Source: Intoshia linei (taxonomy: Eukaryota > Animalia > Orthonectida). From it: a stretch of DNA of 64,000 nt. The translations under genes were made by a program, and so were the position numbers. The first letter of the stretch is position 1. Every line of letters begins with the position of its first letter. A model generated the notes under the pieces. That model was given only the letters and a program-made list of their open reading frames with translations, was not told where the DNA came from and did no database searches. The DNA is taken from the NCBI GenBank assembly GCA_001642005.1, contig LWCA01000001.1:1-64000 (forward strand), given 5' to 3'. Below, in pieces: positions 25,836 through 40,100 of this stretch.

Positions 25836-28800
25836 CTATTTTGTTTCTGCACTTAATTTTTCAATTTCTTTAACTTTCTTATTTCTACTAATAAAAGTAC
25901 CGTGAATATTTTTTGGTATTTTGTAAGGTTTTTGCGCACTCCCATTATTTTTTTCCAAGTCGATTACTAAAAAATTTAATATTGAATAAAAAAAAGTACT
26001 GATGCAAAAATGAAGTGTATCTATTCCTATTCTGAAAACTGAGAAGAATATGGATGAAATTACAAGAGACGAGATTCCAATTATCTAAATTTTGAAATTA
26101 TGCATATTCACTCTATTTATATAGCGTACTATTATTGGCAGCCATATTATGTTCACATTATATGTAGGAATAATATTTTTTGTAGATTCCAATTGCAAGC
26201 GATTATCAAACCAAAAAAAAGTAAATATACCCATTCCCACTGTTATCGAAAATTGTATCAAAAATAGCATAAAACTAGCTATGCCTTGTTGGATACAAAA
26301 TCTAAATTTTATGAATTTTGATATTTCTTTTTTACAAAGCCGCATTATTTATAATCAAGGAAAAGGCATCTTTCGCTGATGAAAAAAAGTTTTTTCCGGT
26401 TATAGCACACTAAATATTTATGGAATTATTTACATTTTATTACCATTATGTATGCATTTCTGTTGACAAATTTGATAAATTTTTCTAGACAATACGTGCA
26501 ACATTTCAAACACCTGAAGGATTAATATATCTATAATTCAAAACAATGTTTCAGTATATGGCGTTTTGACGTGATCCAGTTCGGTTGATCATAATTATTA
26601 CAGAATCCTGTAATAATTATTACCGGATACTAATCATTAATTATTCCAAAAACAAAATAAATACTAATGTGCTTTTATGACCGTGAAGGCGCCACTTTGT
26701 CAGATTGAAATTCTTTGTGTGAGTTTACTGGATATATGTAACTGTATCAGCGGTAATTTTTTTTAAATTATAGGACTACTTTCATTTCTTAAAAGGGCAA
26801 TCTGGTATTTTGGTTATAAAAGTGCACTTTTTTGAGGTTGCCATTTATTATATTGCTTATGATTTTTATTTTATTTTTTTGTACATTTAAAATTATCTCT
26901 CACATTATGCATGGATTTCTTCACATAAAATATAGTACCAACTAACATACTTACGATAAAAGTTTATATAGTGAAAAAATTACTTTATCAAAAATTGACC
27001 AACAATCCCTGTATAATTTTTAAGGTTATAATCGATATATTCAAGAAAAATTCGTATAACTTGGATGACTGTGATGATCATTGAACCAAAGGCTATCGTA
27101 CCAATATGATATCTCAGTGACATTCGAATTGAATTTAATAATGGAAAAATATTGGTTTTACCGGGAGACCAATAATGTGATGCATATGTACCAGCTATTG
27201 ACATTTGACTTAATCCAGCTATGAAGTTATATATCCACAAACAACATACAAATTGAAAAATGTGAAGAAAGTAAATATATCTAAGATGCACATTATAAAT
27301 TATATAAATTCATGTATAATTTACTCGTTTCCGCCTTGTTTTAAAAATTTACATATTGATCCTTGCATATTATCCTATGACATAATACATTAAAAATGTA
27401 TAAAAAAGAATTACATTTATCGTGCAATTAACATTTTCAATAGTTGTATTAATGTACTTTTCAAATGTATTAGTAGTATTGGACGGCATATTTGACGTGG
27501 GAATAGTTTGCATATATCTAAAATGAATTAATAAATTGCTCATTGCGTATATTTATGAAAATTATTAAATTATTGTAAACTTAAATATTACATAAAAGAG
27601 GCGAGATAAAAGGAAACCACACAAAGTTGTATCACAAAAATGGCGATTGGAAATGAAAATATTGATAGAAATTTAGATGAAAATCTAAAATTAAAATAAT
27701 GACTATAACGTTTTGTTTTTGTCTATGAATTTTGTGCACACTAGTATCATATTTTTTATTAAATTTTAGAATATAACTTTCATTCTTTCTTAACATTATA
27801 TAAGTAAGGATTGAATGTATTTGTGAGTCTGTGATTTACCATTTATTTAAAAAATTAACAGGCCTATAATTTAATAAACCTAATATCCTGCACAGTTTTT
27901 GCAGAGTGATATTTTACCGTAAATGTAGTTTTCAGAAATGGAGTCCTTTAGGGTCAAAACATTAAAATGCTTTTTTTAAAAGTGAAATATGTCATATAAT
28001 TTTATAAATCACTAGTTGACTGTTATATACTATGTCAGTGTTTCTCAACCTTTTTTACTGCGCGGAACCCTTATAAAATTTCAAAAAATCGCGGCACCTA
28101 AAAGCATGATCAAAAATTTTTTTTCGCATGTCGCATATATAAAACAATTTGATTTTTAATTAAAAAATTACGCTTCTAATATTAAAAATATAAATTTTTT
28201 TAAAGAAATTTATTTTTCCTTCTTAATGAGAAATTTGGGCCTGATATTTTTTACCGAGGTTTTTAATTCTTGGACGTGTTTTTGAGAGACATACACGAAG
28301 TTCTTCTTCTACCGACAGCAGCTTTGCCTATTTCTTATGCTTAATTGCTGTCAATACAAGTAAGATTATAATTTGTATCTTTCCTAGTTAATACCTAACG
28401 ATAAGAACCACTAATATAACATTAATCTATTTTATGACTTGTTTTAATCAAAATAAGTACTGAATATATTAAAATGCATAATTAAATTATAGAAATTCAG
28501 ACAAACTGGCTTAGAATAAATATTTTTAAATTCTAAAAAAGATAATTTAAAATAAACACAAAAAATATTTAAATTAAGTTGACCGATCGTATTTATCTTA
28601 ATTAAAAAAGCATATCAAAATATGATTTTTGGTTTTATTAATTTAGAAACTTTTCAATTTATATTTTTTAAATTTATTTATTTTGAAAAACTTTAAATTA
28701 AAAAATATAGCATTTATATTTCACGAAACCCCAATTAAATTTCGCGGAACACGGGTTGAGAACCATTGTACTATGTACAAACAGAAATAAAAACTTACTC

Positions 28801-31800
28801 GCTGGTGGCTTGTATTACACGTACAGCTAATCTCAGCTCTTTTCTCAGGAAAATTATAATTAGTAATAAAACACCGAATATAAAATAGAATATAATTGCT
28901 AAATTGAAAAATAACATTACAATATACAAAAATTACATATAATTAACCAAGTTTCTGCGAAATTTCTCATTTGTTTCCAATCTGCTACCCAAGAAAATAT
29001 TTTATGTTCTTTATCCAGTTTTAATAAAATAAATTGAACAGTTGAATAAATACATCCTAGAATAAATAAAATTAAATATATATTTAAAATAAAAACTAAC
29101 TATACAAAGGGTGTTTTACGTTATGAAACTAATCGGGACTTTATGTAGAAACTATTTAAGTTAATATTAATGTATACAAGAAATTGAAAAAACTTTTCAC
29201 CAAAATCTTGTTTTGAAGCAGGCATAATATTTTTAATATTATCATATAAATATATCTGTTCGATGTTTCAATCGGATATAAAGGTGGATAGCCACTGTCT
29301 AATTTATATTTTGATATGTTGAATTAATTTACTTTTAAAGTCATTACAAAATTGTATAATATGCCTTATTAATAATTTGTCTTAATTAAATTTAGCTAAA
29401 TTATCTATTTTAAATACCTATACAAAGCAGTACGTTAGCTACCGCAATAGAAACATAGATTATAATTGATGCAATCCATTTGAATAAAATCACAATTGTA
29501 AAATATATTAAGATTAACATAATAATAAATCTAAATTCATATTATTATAATAATATAAATACTAAATCTAGAAATTATTTAATTTTATAATAGAAAACTG
29601 TCTATTAGGTCAAATTAGATATCTTTTATTTACAGGTATACAAATCTATATACATATATGTATATTAGGGTGTGACAAAAAGACACTTTTTTTAAAAGAT
29701 CAAAAAGTATATTTCAGTATGGTAATTATTGGTGATTATGATAGAGTATCTTGAAGATTAGCGCATAATTTTGCAATTTAACTGGGCGACGCAAGTTCAT
29801 TTTTTTAGGAAAATTTTTTGAACTTATGTTTATATTTCATAATTTTATTATTTTTGCTAACTAAAACACATAAAGGCTTAGAAATACTAAATAAAACGTG
29901 AAAATCATGTAAAAGTAAATTCCTTGGTATTACATTAAATTGCTTACAAATGTAAAAACTTATTGGGAAACCTCCATTGTTCTATTTTAGGAGCAGCGGT
30001 TTTATTTAACTATTTATTAAAATTTATGACCGAGCCAAGTTTCTAGTCATAAAAAAAAGCTTTAAATTTCAAATTGAAAATGGGTCAAAAATCAGTCAAT
30101 ATTCATAATTCTATGAAAAATCAACCAAGGGATATAAAATATTAATTCTTCACAAAGAAGATAGATAATATAGACTTTTTATTAATCTGATAAAATATGT
30201 AGTAAACAATTAATAATGTACTGTAAACAATATCTGAAAAACATGTTCCATTTTGGGAACATTGACGGTTTAAAGGTTAATATTAATAGTTCATCAAGTT
30301 TATCATCTCGCAAAAATAGAGTATTCCATGTACATCATTCGTTTCACCCAAATGTAATGATTCATTAAAAATTGTCATTATTATTAATTTTTTTGGGGGT
30401 CCACCGGTTTTATGTAATATCATTTTAGGGGTCGACAGCGAAAAAGGGTTGAGAATGCCTGATGTAAAAGACAACCAAATAGCAAGATGATTACGGCAGT
30501 ATTACTAAAACACAGTATTATTCAAATCTAAATACGGTCGATAGTAAATATAAATTTAAGCTTTAAATTTTACCGTTTTTTAACATTTCAAGTGAAATTT
30601 TTTGCTTTCAATTTTGAAAATCAGCATAGTCTCGTAAGGGTTAAAATAAAAATTTTCAACTATTCAACTCAAAAGTTTGCATACCACTTTTATATGATCA
30701 AACAATTAAATTAAAATTACACGCCAAGTGAAATATATATGGATCTAATATCCTCAAATACATCATGTATAAAATTTAAGATTTTTGAAGATAAACTGAA
30801 ATATCTAAATATTAAAAATAATTTGGTTAAACGTTATTTAATTAAACTTTTACTTTAGGTCAATATTTGTATACTCCATATATATTTTTTCATAATTATT
30901 TTTATTTACATTCTTTATTCCATTAAATATATTATTTAAAAATTTTTTACTGTATTTTGGCACACATCTACCATATACTAAATAAAAAAATTTTATTAAG
31001 AAAAAATTAAATATTACTATTTATACTTTTAGCATAATACTTGGCACACTTTTGTTGTCTAATAATTTTTTCTATTGACTAAATTAGAAAATTTTATTAA
31101 ATTTTTTCTAATTATTGCTACCAAATCGGACGTAGTAGCATTAAATCCATCCACACATATGAAACCAAATCTATTACTTTTCGATGTTAATGTATTTTTT
31201 TCTAGCGTTAATTGAGGGATATATATCCAGTCTTTTTTAGGACACTCGCGCACACATATCTAATTCATCAAAATAATAAATACTATATATCAGGGGTGGC
31301 CAACAGGTCGATCCCGAAATTTTTTGAGTCGATCGCTGAATTATAAAAATTATTATTTGTAGAAAATTATATTTTCTAAAATAAATTCGAAAAATTTTAA
31401 AATTATTTTTTTATTTGACATACATTTACTTCAAATAAGTCTACTTGAATTAAAAAATGATTTAGTAATTATGCCAATGTATACTCACTGAACATTGTTC
31501 ACCTGTTTTTAACCTTAAAGCTTAAGGCCTGTTAATAGTCTTAATGAACAATTTTTGGAATAACAAAAATCAATGTCAATATTCTGTAAAAAGTCAAAAA
31601 AAGCAACGATTTCATCTTTTAAATTGAGATGTATGTTAGCAAAAAATATAAAACCGTTTTCAGATGCTCAATTTTTAAAAGATTGTTTTCTCGAAAATTC
31701 TGATGATCTTTTTCAAGGCATTCATAATAACATATAATAAAATCTGCCATAGCAGATTTGCAAATATCACGTAATACTGTTATGAGACGAATAGAAAAAG

Positions 31801-34800
31801 TTAGTAAAGATGGATGTGAACAAATACAAATGAATGTCCAAACATGTGTGCTTTTCTCTACAATTTGATAATCAATTGACATTAAAGACACAGCACATGT
31901 TTAATTTTTATTCGTATGGTATTTGATGATTGGAATACAAAAAAAGAATTGGTTGGAATGATAAGCCTTAATGAAACAACAAGAACTATTGATTTATATA
32001 ACTTATTTAAAACATTCTTGTCAACAAAAAATATTCCTATCCATAAACTTGTACCCATTATGACAGATGGTGCAATATCTATAGTTGGTAGTAAAAGCGG
32101 ATGTATTGGATTATGCAAAAACGATGATGATTTTCTGAATTTTTTAAAGTATCATTGTTTTATGTAGTATAAGGTTAAATACCAATATAATTATTGCTAT
32201 TACTTATAAAATTGCTAATTCCATCAGGGCTAAAGCACTTTAAAGGTGTCTTTTCAAAAGTCAATCTGAAGAAAACCGTGAGTTAGTTTTACACACGAAC
32301 GTAAGATGGCGAAGATAAACGAAGTGTATTTTTGGAAAGATTTATAATTTTATTAGACGATATTAAAATAATTCTTCGGAATCGGAATGATAATTATGCA
32401 GAATTCTATGATAAACAATGGCTATGTGAATTATCGTTTTTAGCTGATTTTACGGAAAGATTGAGTATGTTGAATTTAGAATTATAAGGGAAAAATAAAA
32501 CGTTAACAGATATGATAAGTAGTATTGATTCTTTTAAAAACAGAATTCCTTTAATAATTAATGATATCAATCAAAAAAAATTTAAATATTTTCCGAATAT
32601 CACCAATTTTTGTAAAAATACCCCTGATGTTATTATTATCTGATAAATTTATTACTAAAATAAAAATTGTTCAAGAAGATTTCAACAGCAGATTTAGTGA
32701 TTTTTAGAAAATAAAAGACATTAGAATATTTAATTAATCCTTTCAAATCTGACTTAAATACAAGTTATATTTCAAAAAAAATAAATCAGTTATTTGATTT
32801 TGATTGCGATGAAACAGAATTGCAAATTTTATCATTGAAATCTGATCTATTCTTAAGGGCTCATTCTATGGATAACGATTTCTGGAAATATGTATCCAAA
32901 GAGAAATACAATATAATTAAGATGTGTTCAGAATATGTTCAATTATGTTTCGGTTCGACATACTTATGCGAATCAGCTTTTTCTGTAATGAACTCAATAA
33001 AATCGAAAAATCGGTCATCCCTTACTAATAAAAACTTAAAAAATTTAATGAAATTATCATTGTCAAATTACACTCCTAATTTTAATAAACTAGTAAATGA
33101 CACAAAAATACAACCATGTCATTAATGATTAAAAGTAAATATTCCAACTAATTATTAACTAATATAAACATTTTAGTAATGCAACGAAACATTTGGATTT
33201 TTTTGAACTATGAATTGTATTTAATTTATATTATAATGTCCTATTACTTATGTCATATGTACTTATTGAATTTCAGTATAGTCGATCACTAGTATTTCAA
33301 AAAATATAAAGTCGATCTCTAAAAAATCAAATTGGCCATCCCTGATATACATCACATTGAAATTGACAAAATAGGTTTTTATAATTTTATTTTTTCTGGA
33401 ATTTATGCTATTTATGATAATTTTTAGGATTGGACTGTTTTTACTTTATTTTTAAATATTAACAAACAAAAAATTAAGATGGAATAATTCACTTTAAAGT
33501 AAAAAGTAATGTGATATGATGGTTCNTTACTTATGTCATATGTACTTATTGAATTTCAGTATAGTCGATCACTAGTATTTCAAAAAATATAAAGTCCATC
33601 TCTAAAAAATCAAGTTGGCCTGCTTTGTTATATATGATGAATCATTGATGATATATTAAATTAATATACATAAAACGTAAACAATGATAACAAGCATAAT
33701 TTAAAAAACGGAATTTAATTTAATGGTTCTTAGTAAAATTTTTTAATGTTACACAATGTTAATATACATATTAAAATATTTTAGAACACATTTTTCACGC
33801 CAGGGGAGCCGACCTCTTGCACCCACCTAGGTCCGCTACTGGTTCACTAGTCCATGGGGTCCGTATAATTTCCGTAATAGTACTGACATAAATGAATCAT
33901 CAATCTAGTTATAATTACTTTATTTTATTTAATTCTGGCAACTCTGATTAACGCTAATAAATTATGAGTAATAGTTATTATTATTTATTTACTAAACATT
34001 AATTATTATAATTTACGAATTTATATTACGGAACGCTAAATTAGCTAACGCCACCGTTAACGCACACAAGCCTAGCGCCCTAAAAATTTTGTAGAGCTCT
34101 CTAGAGCGCTAGATCACAGGTTGGGAACCACTGTTTACTTATATAAAAGTAATTGTCTGTTGGTATCTATGTATTACAGTTTATTTAAAAATTAACTCTC
34201 GTATAATTTTAAAAACTCAACTTATAATACAATTTTGGCGAGTGATGTTACTTTCAGATTTTCAGAAATTGAGTCCTTCAGGGTCAAAAACCCAATTTTC
34301 TCTTTTTTTAAAAATAAAATCAGCCCAAAAATTTAAAAAATAAATTCTAAGACCTTTTTTAAAATTATTAATATTATCGTAAATCTGAGCCGTAGAAATG
34401 CAAAACTTCATGGTTAAAATCTTAACTTACCATTTGTTTTAAAATAAAAAATGCCTTCAAATTATATAAAACATCAATTCTAAAATAGTTTTTAAAATCA
34501 TAAGCATTATCATATATCACAACCACAAAAAAGTGTATTTTCACCATCAAAACCACAAATGATATCATTTATAATATATTTTTAATAATTTACCGATTTT
34601 GAAGGACATTCAAAGCGTAAATTTTTATTTAAAAATGGTAAACATTCCAGAAATGAAAAATACAGAAGATATTTTTTGTTTCTAATGTTTATTAAAATTA
34701 ATTAATAATTTACTTATATTTGTCGACTCCGCAAATTTCATCATTTGAAGTTGTCGGGTAAAGTAATTTAGTTGGATTTCCTCGTATAAAAACTATTTAT

Positions 34801-35830
34801 GTGTAATTACTAATTAGCAAATTTTTTTATAAATAAATACTTACTCAAAATTGAAATGCAAGCGAGACAGACAAGCATCACAAAAAATAAAATTAGAAAT
34901 ATAATATCCGTTATTGATCTAATAATAAATTTAAAATAAAATATACATACATGTATATGGTATTATAATATAGTTACTTTTTACAGTAATTTTAGCATGG
35001 TTGATAAAAATAATCTTAGTATTATAAAAAATAAAATATTTTGTCTTTAGTTGATAAACAGTGTTCATTGTTAAACCTTTCTCGTATCCTGCAATGGTAA
35101 ATGAGTTATTTAATTTATTACGTTAGTATTAATTAGTAAAATTTATTTCATCTATCAAAACAATAACTCATTTTGTATACTATTGTTGATGAATAGATTA
35201 TTATGATAATTATCAATTATAATTGATAATTATATAATTGTATATTATTATAAATATTAATATAATATACCTATTTTGAGATGGTCCATTGAAGGTTTTA
35301 TAGTCTAATTTACTTTCTAAAAACGTTTATGAAAATTAATCATATGTTAACAGTGATTTTCAAACTTTTTTACATCAGCGCATCTCGGTATTAATTAATT
35401 TTGGCGGGTACCATGTATATTATACAAAGTATAATATACTAAAAGATTATGTTACTACAATATATATAATAATAAATATCCTTGTCATGAATGGGAATTA
35501 ATATCTTAAAGCAGTGGTCAACAACTTTTTTATATATACATAATATGTATTACATATATATATTTAAGGGCAGACATTGTTTTTTATTAAAGTGTTTATG
35601 AAATTAAAATTTATTTTAGCTGTCTTAATGTGCACTTGGATTTTGTATTGAGAATCACTGTGTCAACATACATACATGTATATTTAATATGTAAATATTA
35701 ATATTATAAGGGTATCTACTTAAATCCAACCATTTTTACTAAAAAGGAAAATTGACCAACATTTAAGAGAATACCAACCTTGTATATACTAATTACAGAT
35801 ATAAAATGTTTAATTACCTTTCTTTGACAT
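25836..35830 (-). CDS. Choline transporter-like protein (SLC44/CTL family); one internal exon not found
   Basis: FNGPSQNR|[84 protein letters not shown] and [13 protein letters not shown]. Confidence 0.93.
28036..28768 (-). mobile_element. Internally deleted Buster-type hAT element
   Basis: TIRs cagtgtttctcaacc / ggttgagaaccattg and a perfect TSD tactatgt. It retains the transposase C-terminus [38 protein letters not shown]. Confidence 0.9.
31291..33344 (+). mobile_element. Full-length but inactivated hAT transposon (Buster/SPIN/GTF2IRD2-like) in an SLC44 intron
   Basis: TIRs caggggtggccaa / ttggccatccctg and TSD-like ctaTAtat / ataTAcat (6 of 8). Transposase motifs DTA, TDGA, HC, VRW and [12 protein letters not shown] are interrupted by several stops and frameshifts. 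Confidence 0.93.
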
Positions 35831-35999
35831 GGCAAATTAATATCTAATTTGTAATATGAAAAATTTATTTCCAACAAATGAATTGTACTATTTGAGTCAA
35901 CATAGATAAGTTTACCTTTCCATATTAAATTTAAATAATCCCTATGGTTTAATAATATATACTATACTATCAATCTTTATGTGAGAGATATTATAAATT

Positions 36000-36560
36000 T
36001 CAATGATGAATATTATACATTGGTCAATTTATGTTAAAAATCAAGTACAAACTATGTACATTATCCATATAAATTATACAAGAAATGTACCCCATGATTA
36101 ACCAAGATTTGACTTTTGTATGGTTGAAATTTCAAACAATAGCTGTTACATCCAATAACTAAAAAACAATTTTAAAAGTTTCTATAAAAAGTTGTTTTAT
36201 TTAGAATAGGTTAAAATAACTGGGAGTTATTTAAAAAATGTTTCTAAAAGAAAAACAGGTAATAATGTCAATGTGAAAATCAACACACCTAGTTTGATTT
36301 GGTTGTCACCACTGTCACTACATAATGCTGCCAAAAATGGCCAATATCGCTAGTGAAGGAGATTACTATTAAATTAAAAAAATTTAAAAAAAATTCAAGA
36401 AAAATGGTGGTGGTGCTTGTTTACGTGGATGTTGGATACAGCTAAAAATAATGCAAGGGCAATGTCCATTGGACATTATACCAATAAGGTTCAGAATGTG
36501 ACATTGATCTATGCATACAATGTTTCATCCCATATCACACCAGATAACTTTTGTAAATTA
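36000..36560 (+). mobile_element. piggyBac-like transposase 3' remnant
   Basis: The terminal Cys-rich motif ECDIDLCIQCFIPYHT is typical of piggyBac C-termini. The upstream sequence is degenerate. Confidence 0.55.
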
Positions 36561-37147
36561 TAAATTACAATTTTAATTAATTAATTATATTTGTACAGTT
36601 AATATGTAATGCTCAAACATTTGAATTAAATTGTGTTTGTATAATTTTAATTTATATAATAATATCATTAAATTTATTTATGTACACATATTCTGCCAAT
36701 GTGACCAATATAGTTAGTTAAATAATTGGTCCCACGATATATCTTGATTCCGACTAGGGTAAATTATTTCAAATTTTACATGAACTCTATATACAGTGTA
36801 TTTATAATTAGCATAAATACTATAATTCGAACAAATTTTAAAAATCAAAAAATAGCTTGCGAGAAAATGAATGATGTTGATGTGATGAATAAAATGGTGT
36901 TTTTGACAATAAATATGCAATTTGATGTTAATTTCTACACCGGAAAAAATTGACTTGATTTTGAGACTATCAGTTTTCTAATTAAATGATTACAACGACG
37001 GATAGACACATATTTTTAGAAATTTTTTCATTATGTAAATAAACCAGTGATTATGATTCAATTTGGGTTTGTAACCTACATGTATTTGTACTACAGTAAT
37101 TTAAATAAATATAGAATAATTCATAATAAAAAATTTATTTCAACAAA

Positions 37148-40100
37148 TTACATGCTATTGTTCAAAGATTTTATAAAAGTATTTCCACATATAATTTCGG
37201 TAGTAATAACATGTATTTTAAATTTACCTAAATTTATTTTTTTAAATAATGTATTAAAATGTATGCTAAACGAGGACATGTAAATTAAAAAAATTAAGAA
37301 AATTACAAGATGAAAAAAGTGTAAACTGTTTTTAACAGGACAAAGATCTGATATGGGTTACAATGAACCTTTTATTAATACATTCTAGTGACTAAATCTA
37401 GATTTACTAAATTTGTTTAGTTCGAAATTTTTTATAATTATAAAACCAAACAAAAAATACCTTAATTATTAGTTTTGCTCAGATTAACAATTTATCCAGA
37501 TTATTGAATTTATTTTATAAATTTACCTTCATATAGCACATTTAAAAGTCTAAGACTTGATATTTCAGAATACGTTAATCCTCCAATTACAAATACCAAA
37601 TAACTATCAGAAACAGATTCCTTGTTATAGGCAGCTAAAAATAAAATTATAATATATACAATGCAAAAGTGTTCTATTTTATAGTTTTTTGTACCAAAAA
37701 AATCTAATTTGATATTAATATATGTATATATTTAAAATACAAATAATCCACATTTTATCGGTGCGTCACATTTATATTTACTCAAAAAATAATTTAAATT
37801 TTATTTCCTTATATATATATAAAATATAATTATAATAGATATTTAATAACTCCCAAGTATTGTAATTTTTTTTTGTTTCGAAATTATTTTAATGAATATC
37901 GACAAAAAATATTATAATTATAATTAATATAAATTATAATTTATATGGCTGGTTTTAGGGACATTTTAATTAATATTCACATTTTAAATAAGTTACGAAT
38001 AAGGTTTCTAAAGTCAAAGGTGATTATTTACGTATCTTTGAACAGAACCCTATTTTTTTATTACACTAAAAAATTTTTTAATATGTGTAAATGTGTTTTT
38101 CAACCGGTTCGCTCCAATCCGTTTATTTGCCGAAGTAAAAATATAAAATAAACTGTATAACATTTCACTTACGGCCAATTATATCACATTTTTTTGCTTT
38201 TAATACAGTAAAAACAAATTTTAATGTTAAATTAAGTGAGATAAAATTTGCAACTTTTCCTTGCAAAATCACAAACAATAATAAAAATTTTTAGTTTACT
38301 ATTTGGATATTTGCTTGAGCAAAAATTTTTTTTACTAACTCGCAAGGGTGACCCAATAGAAAAAGTGGTTGAGAAAAAATGTACATTTTACAATATAAAA
38401 GAAACATTTATTTATTAAAAATTATACTATTTAATTATAATTAATAAATAAATAATATTTTATAAATTGATAATTATCAATCATTAACATGAATCAATAT
38501 TAACAATTCAATAAAATAATAAAAAAATTACCAATAGACATGTTGATATTTTTTCTAAATAAACTAGAAGAAGGCCCAGAAAAATGCTTGAGCAAATTTT
38601 CAAGCTTTTCCCAACCCGATATGATTAAATGTTCTGTTAATTTTGTTATAGTTGGAATCCATCCATTATACATGTTGGTGATATCGTCATAATTGATTAA
38701 CTACAACAAATATAAATGACAAACACATGTAGAGTTTATTAAATTCATTTTCAAATAAAATTATAAATCGTACATAAGGTATTTTGTGATATATCAGAGA
38801 TTTTCAAAAAGATGCGAGCTCACATCCATTTTTAGATATTTGACAATGTGTGAATAATATTTCACTGAATATAGGAAATTTAAAATTTTGAATTTATTTT
38901 GTACTGATAATTTTTAAATTTTATCATAAAACGCTTTCAAAATTAATCATCTAATTCATTTTCTATTACAAGAAATTCATTGTAATGTATCGAAAATATA
39001 TTTTTTTACATGAGGCTGTGACTCTGAAAAGCAAATAAACTTTAAAAAACATGAAACTTTAAATGTTGTCTAGCGGTATAAATAATTTGTTTTTGAAAAC
39101 AGCTCCAATCTGCTATAAAGGAAGAAGATACCTGTTCCTTGCCTTTATCGGACAAATTAACACTAATATGGTTTAAATTTCTTTTCAATTGAGCAAAACT
39201 TGTATTGATCAATAAATTACTGAAAATTCCAACTTTTTTACAATTTGAAATTAAAGGTAAATAGCCAAATCCATACACCTAAAAATAAAAAAATAAAGGA
39301 ATAATAAAAAATTACCTGAATTAACGTTTTACTAATAACTTCAAATTGTTTTCCAGATAACCCGCCACACATATAGGAATACAGTTCAACGAGTCGTATA
39401 ATCTAAACATAATTTCAAGTATTTCAAACCTAAGTGTTAAGTTATGAATCGTAAAGTTTAAATATGCTTTTCCCAAATGCCAGTCCGCCGTGAAAAAGTG
39501 TGGAACATCTGGTTTAAACAATTACATCATTTTTATAAACAAAAGGATAAAATGTATTTTTTTACCCTGAAGGACTCAAATTCTAAAACTGCAAAATAGA
39601 TAAAAACGCGTCCTATGAAAAATTGTATTAAAAATTAGGTTTTTTTAAATTATACGATGTGAATTTTTTCAATAAACGGTAACACACAGACATTCAATTT
39701 TATATAAGTAAAGGATAAAGTAAAGGGCGTGCATTTATTCCGTCCTCAGTATTTTTCTTATTGATTTGTCAGTATTGGTGATGGTTTGTCAGTAGAAAAA
39801 TTGATTTTTCAGTATTGTACATAGTTTTGCAGAATTTTATTTGCCAATTGACAAGGTGTCAGTATAAATAATTGATTGTCAGTATTTAAATTATAAGGGC
39901 AGTAAAAAAAATTATTTTGTCAGTACTTTACATATACTGTCAGTATTTAAATTAAATGTTCTGTATAAAATGAAACTGACAAAAAATTTTATTTCATAAA
40001 AAATATTCTCTGGTGCAAACACAATAGAATATTTCCAATTTTTTTGTAATATGGTTTGTAGGTATAATGTGGTATCTTAATATTTCAGTTTTAACTTTCG

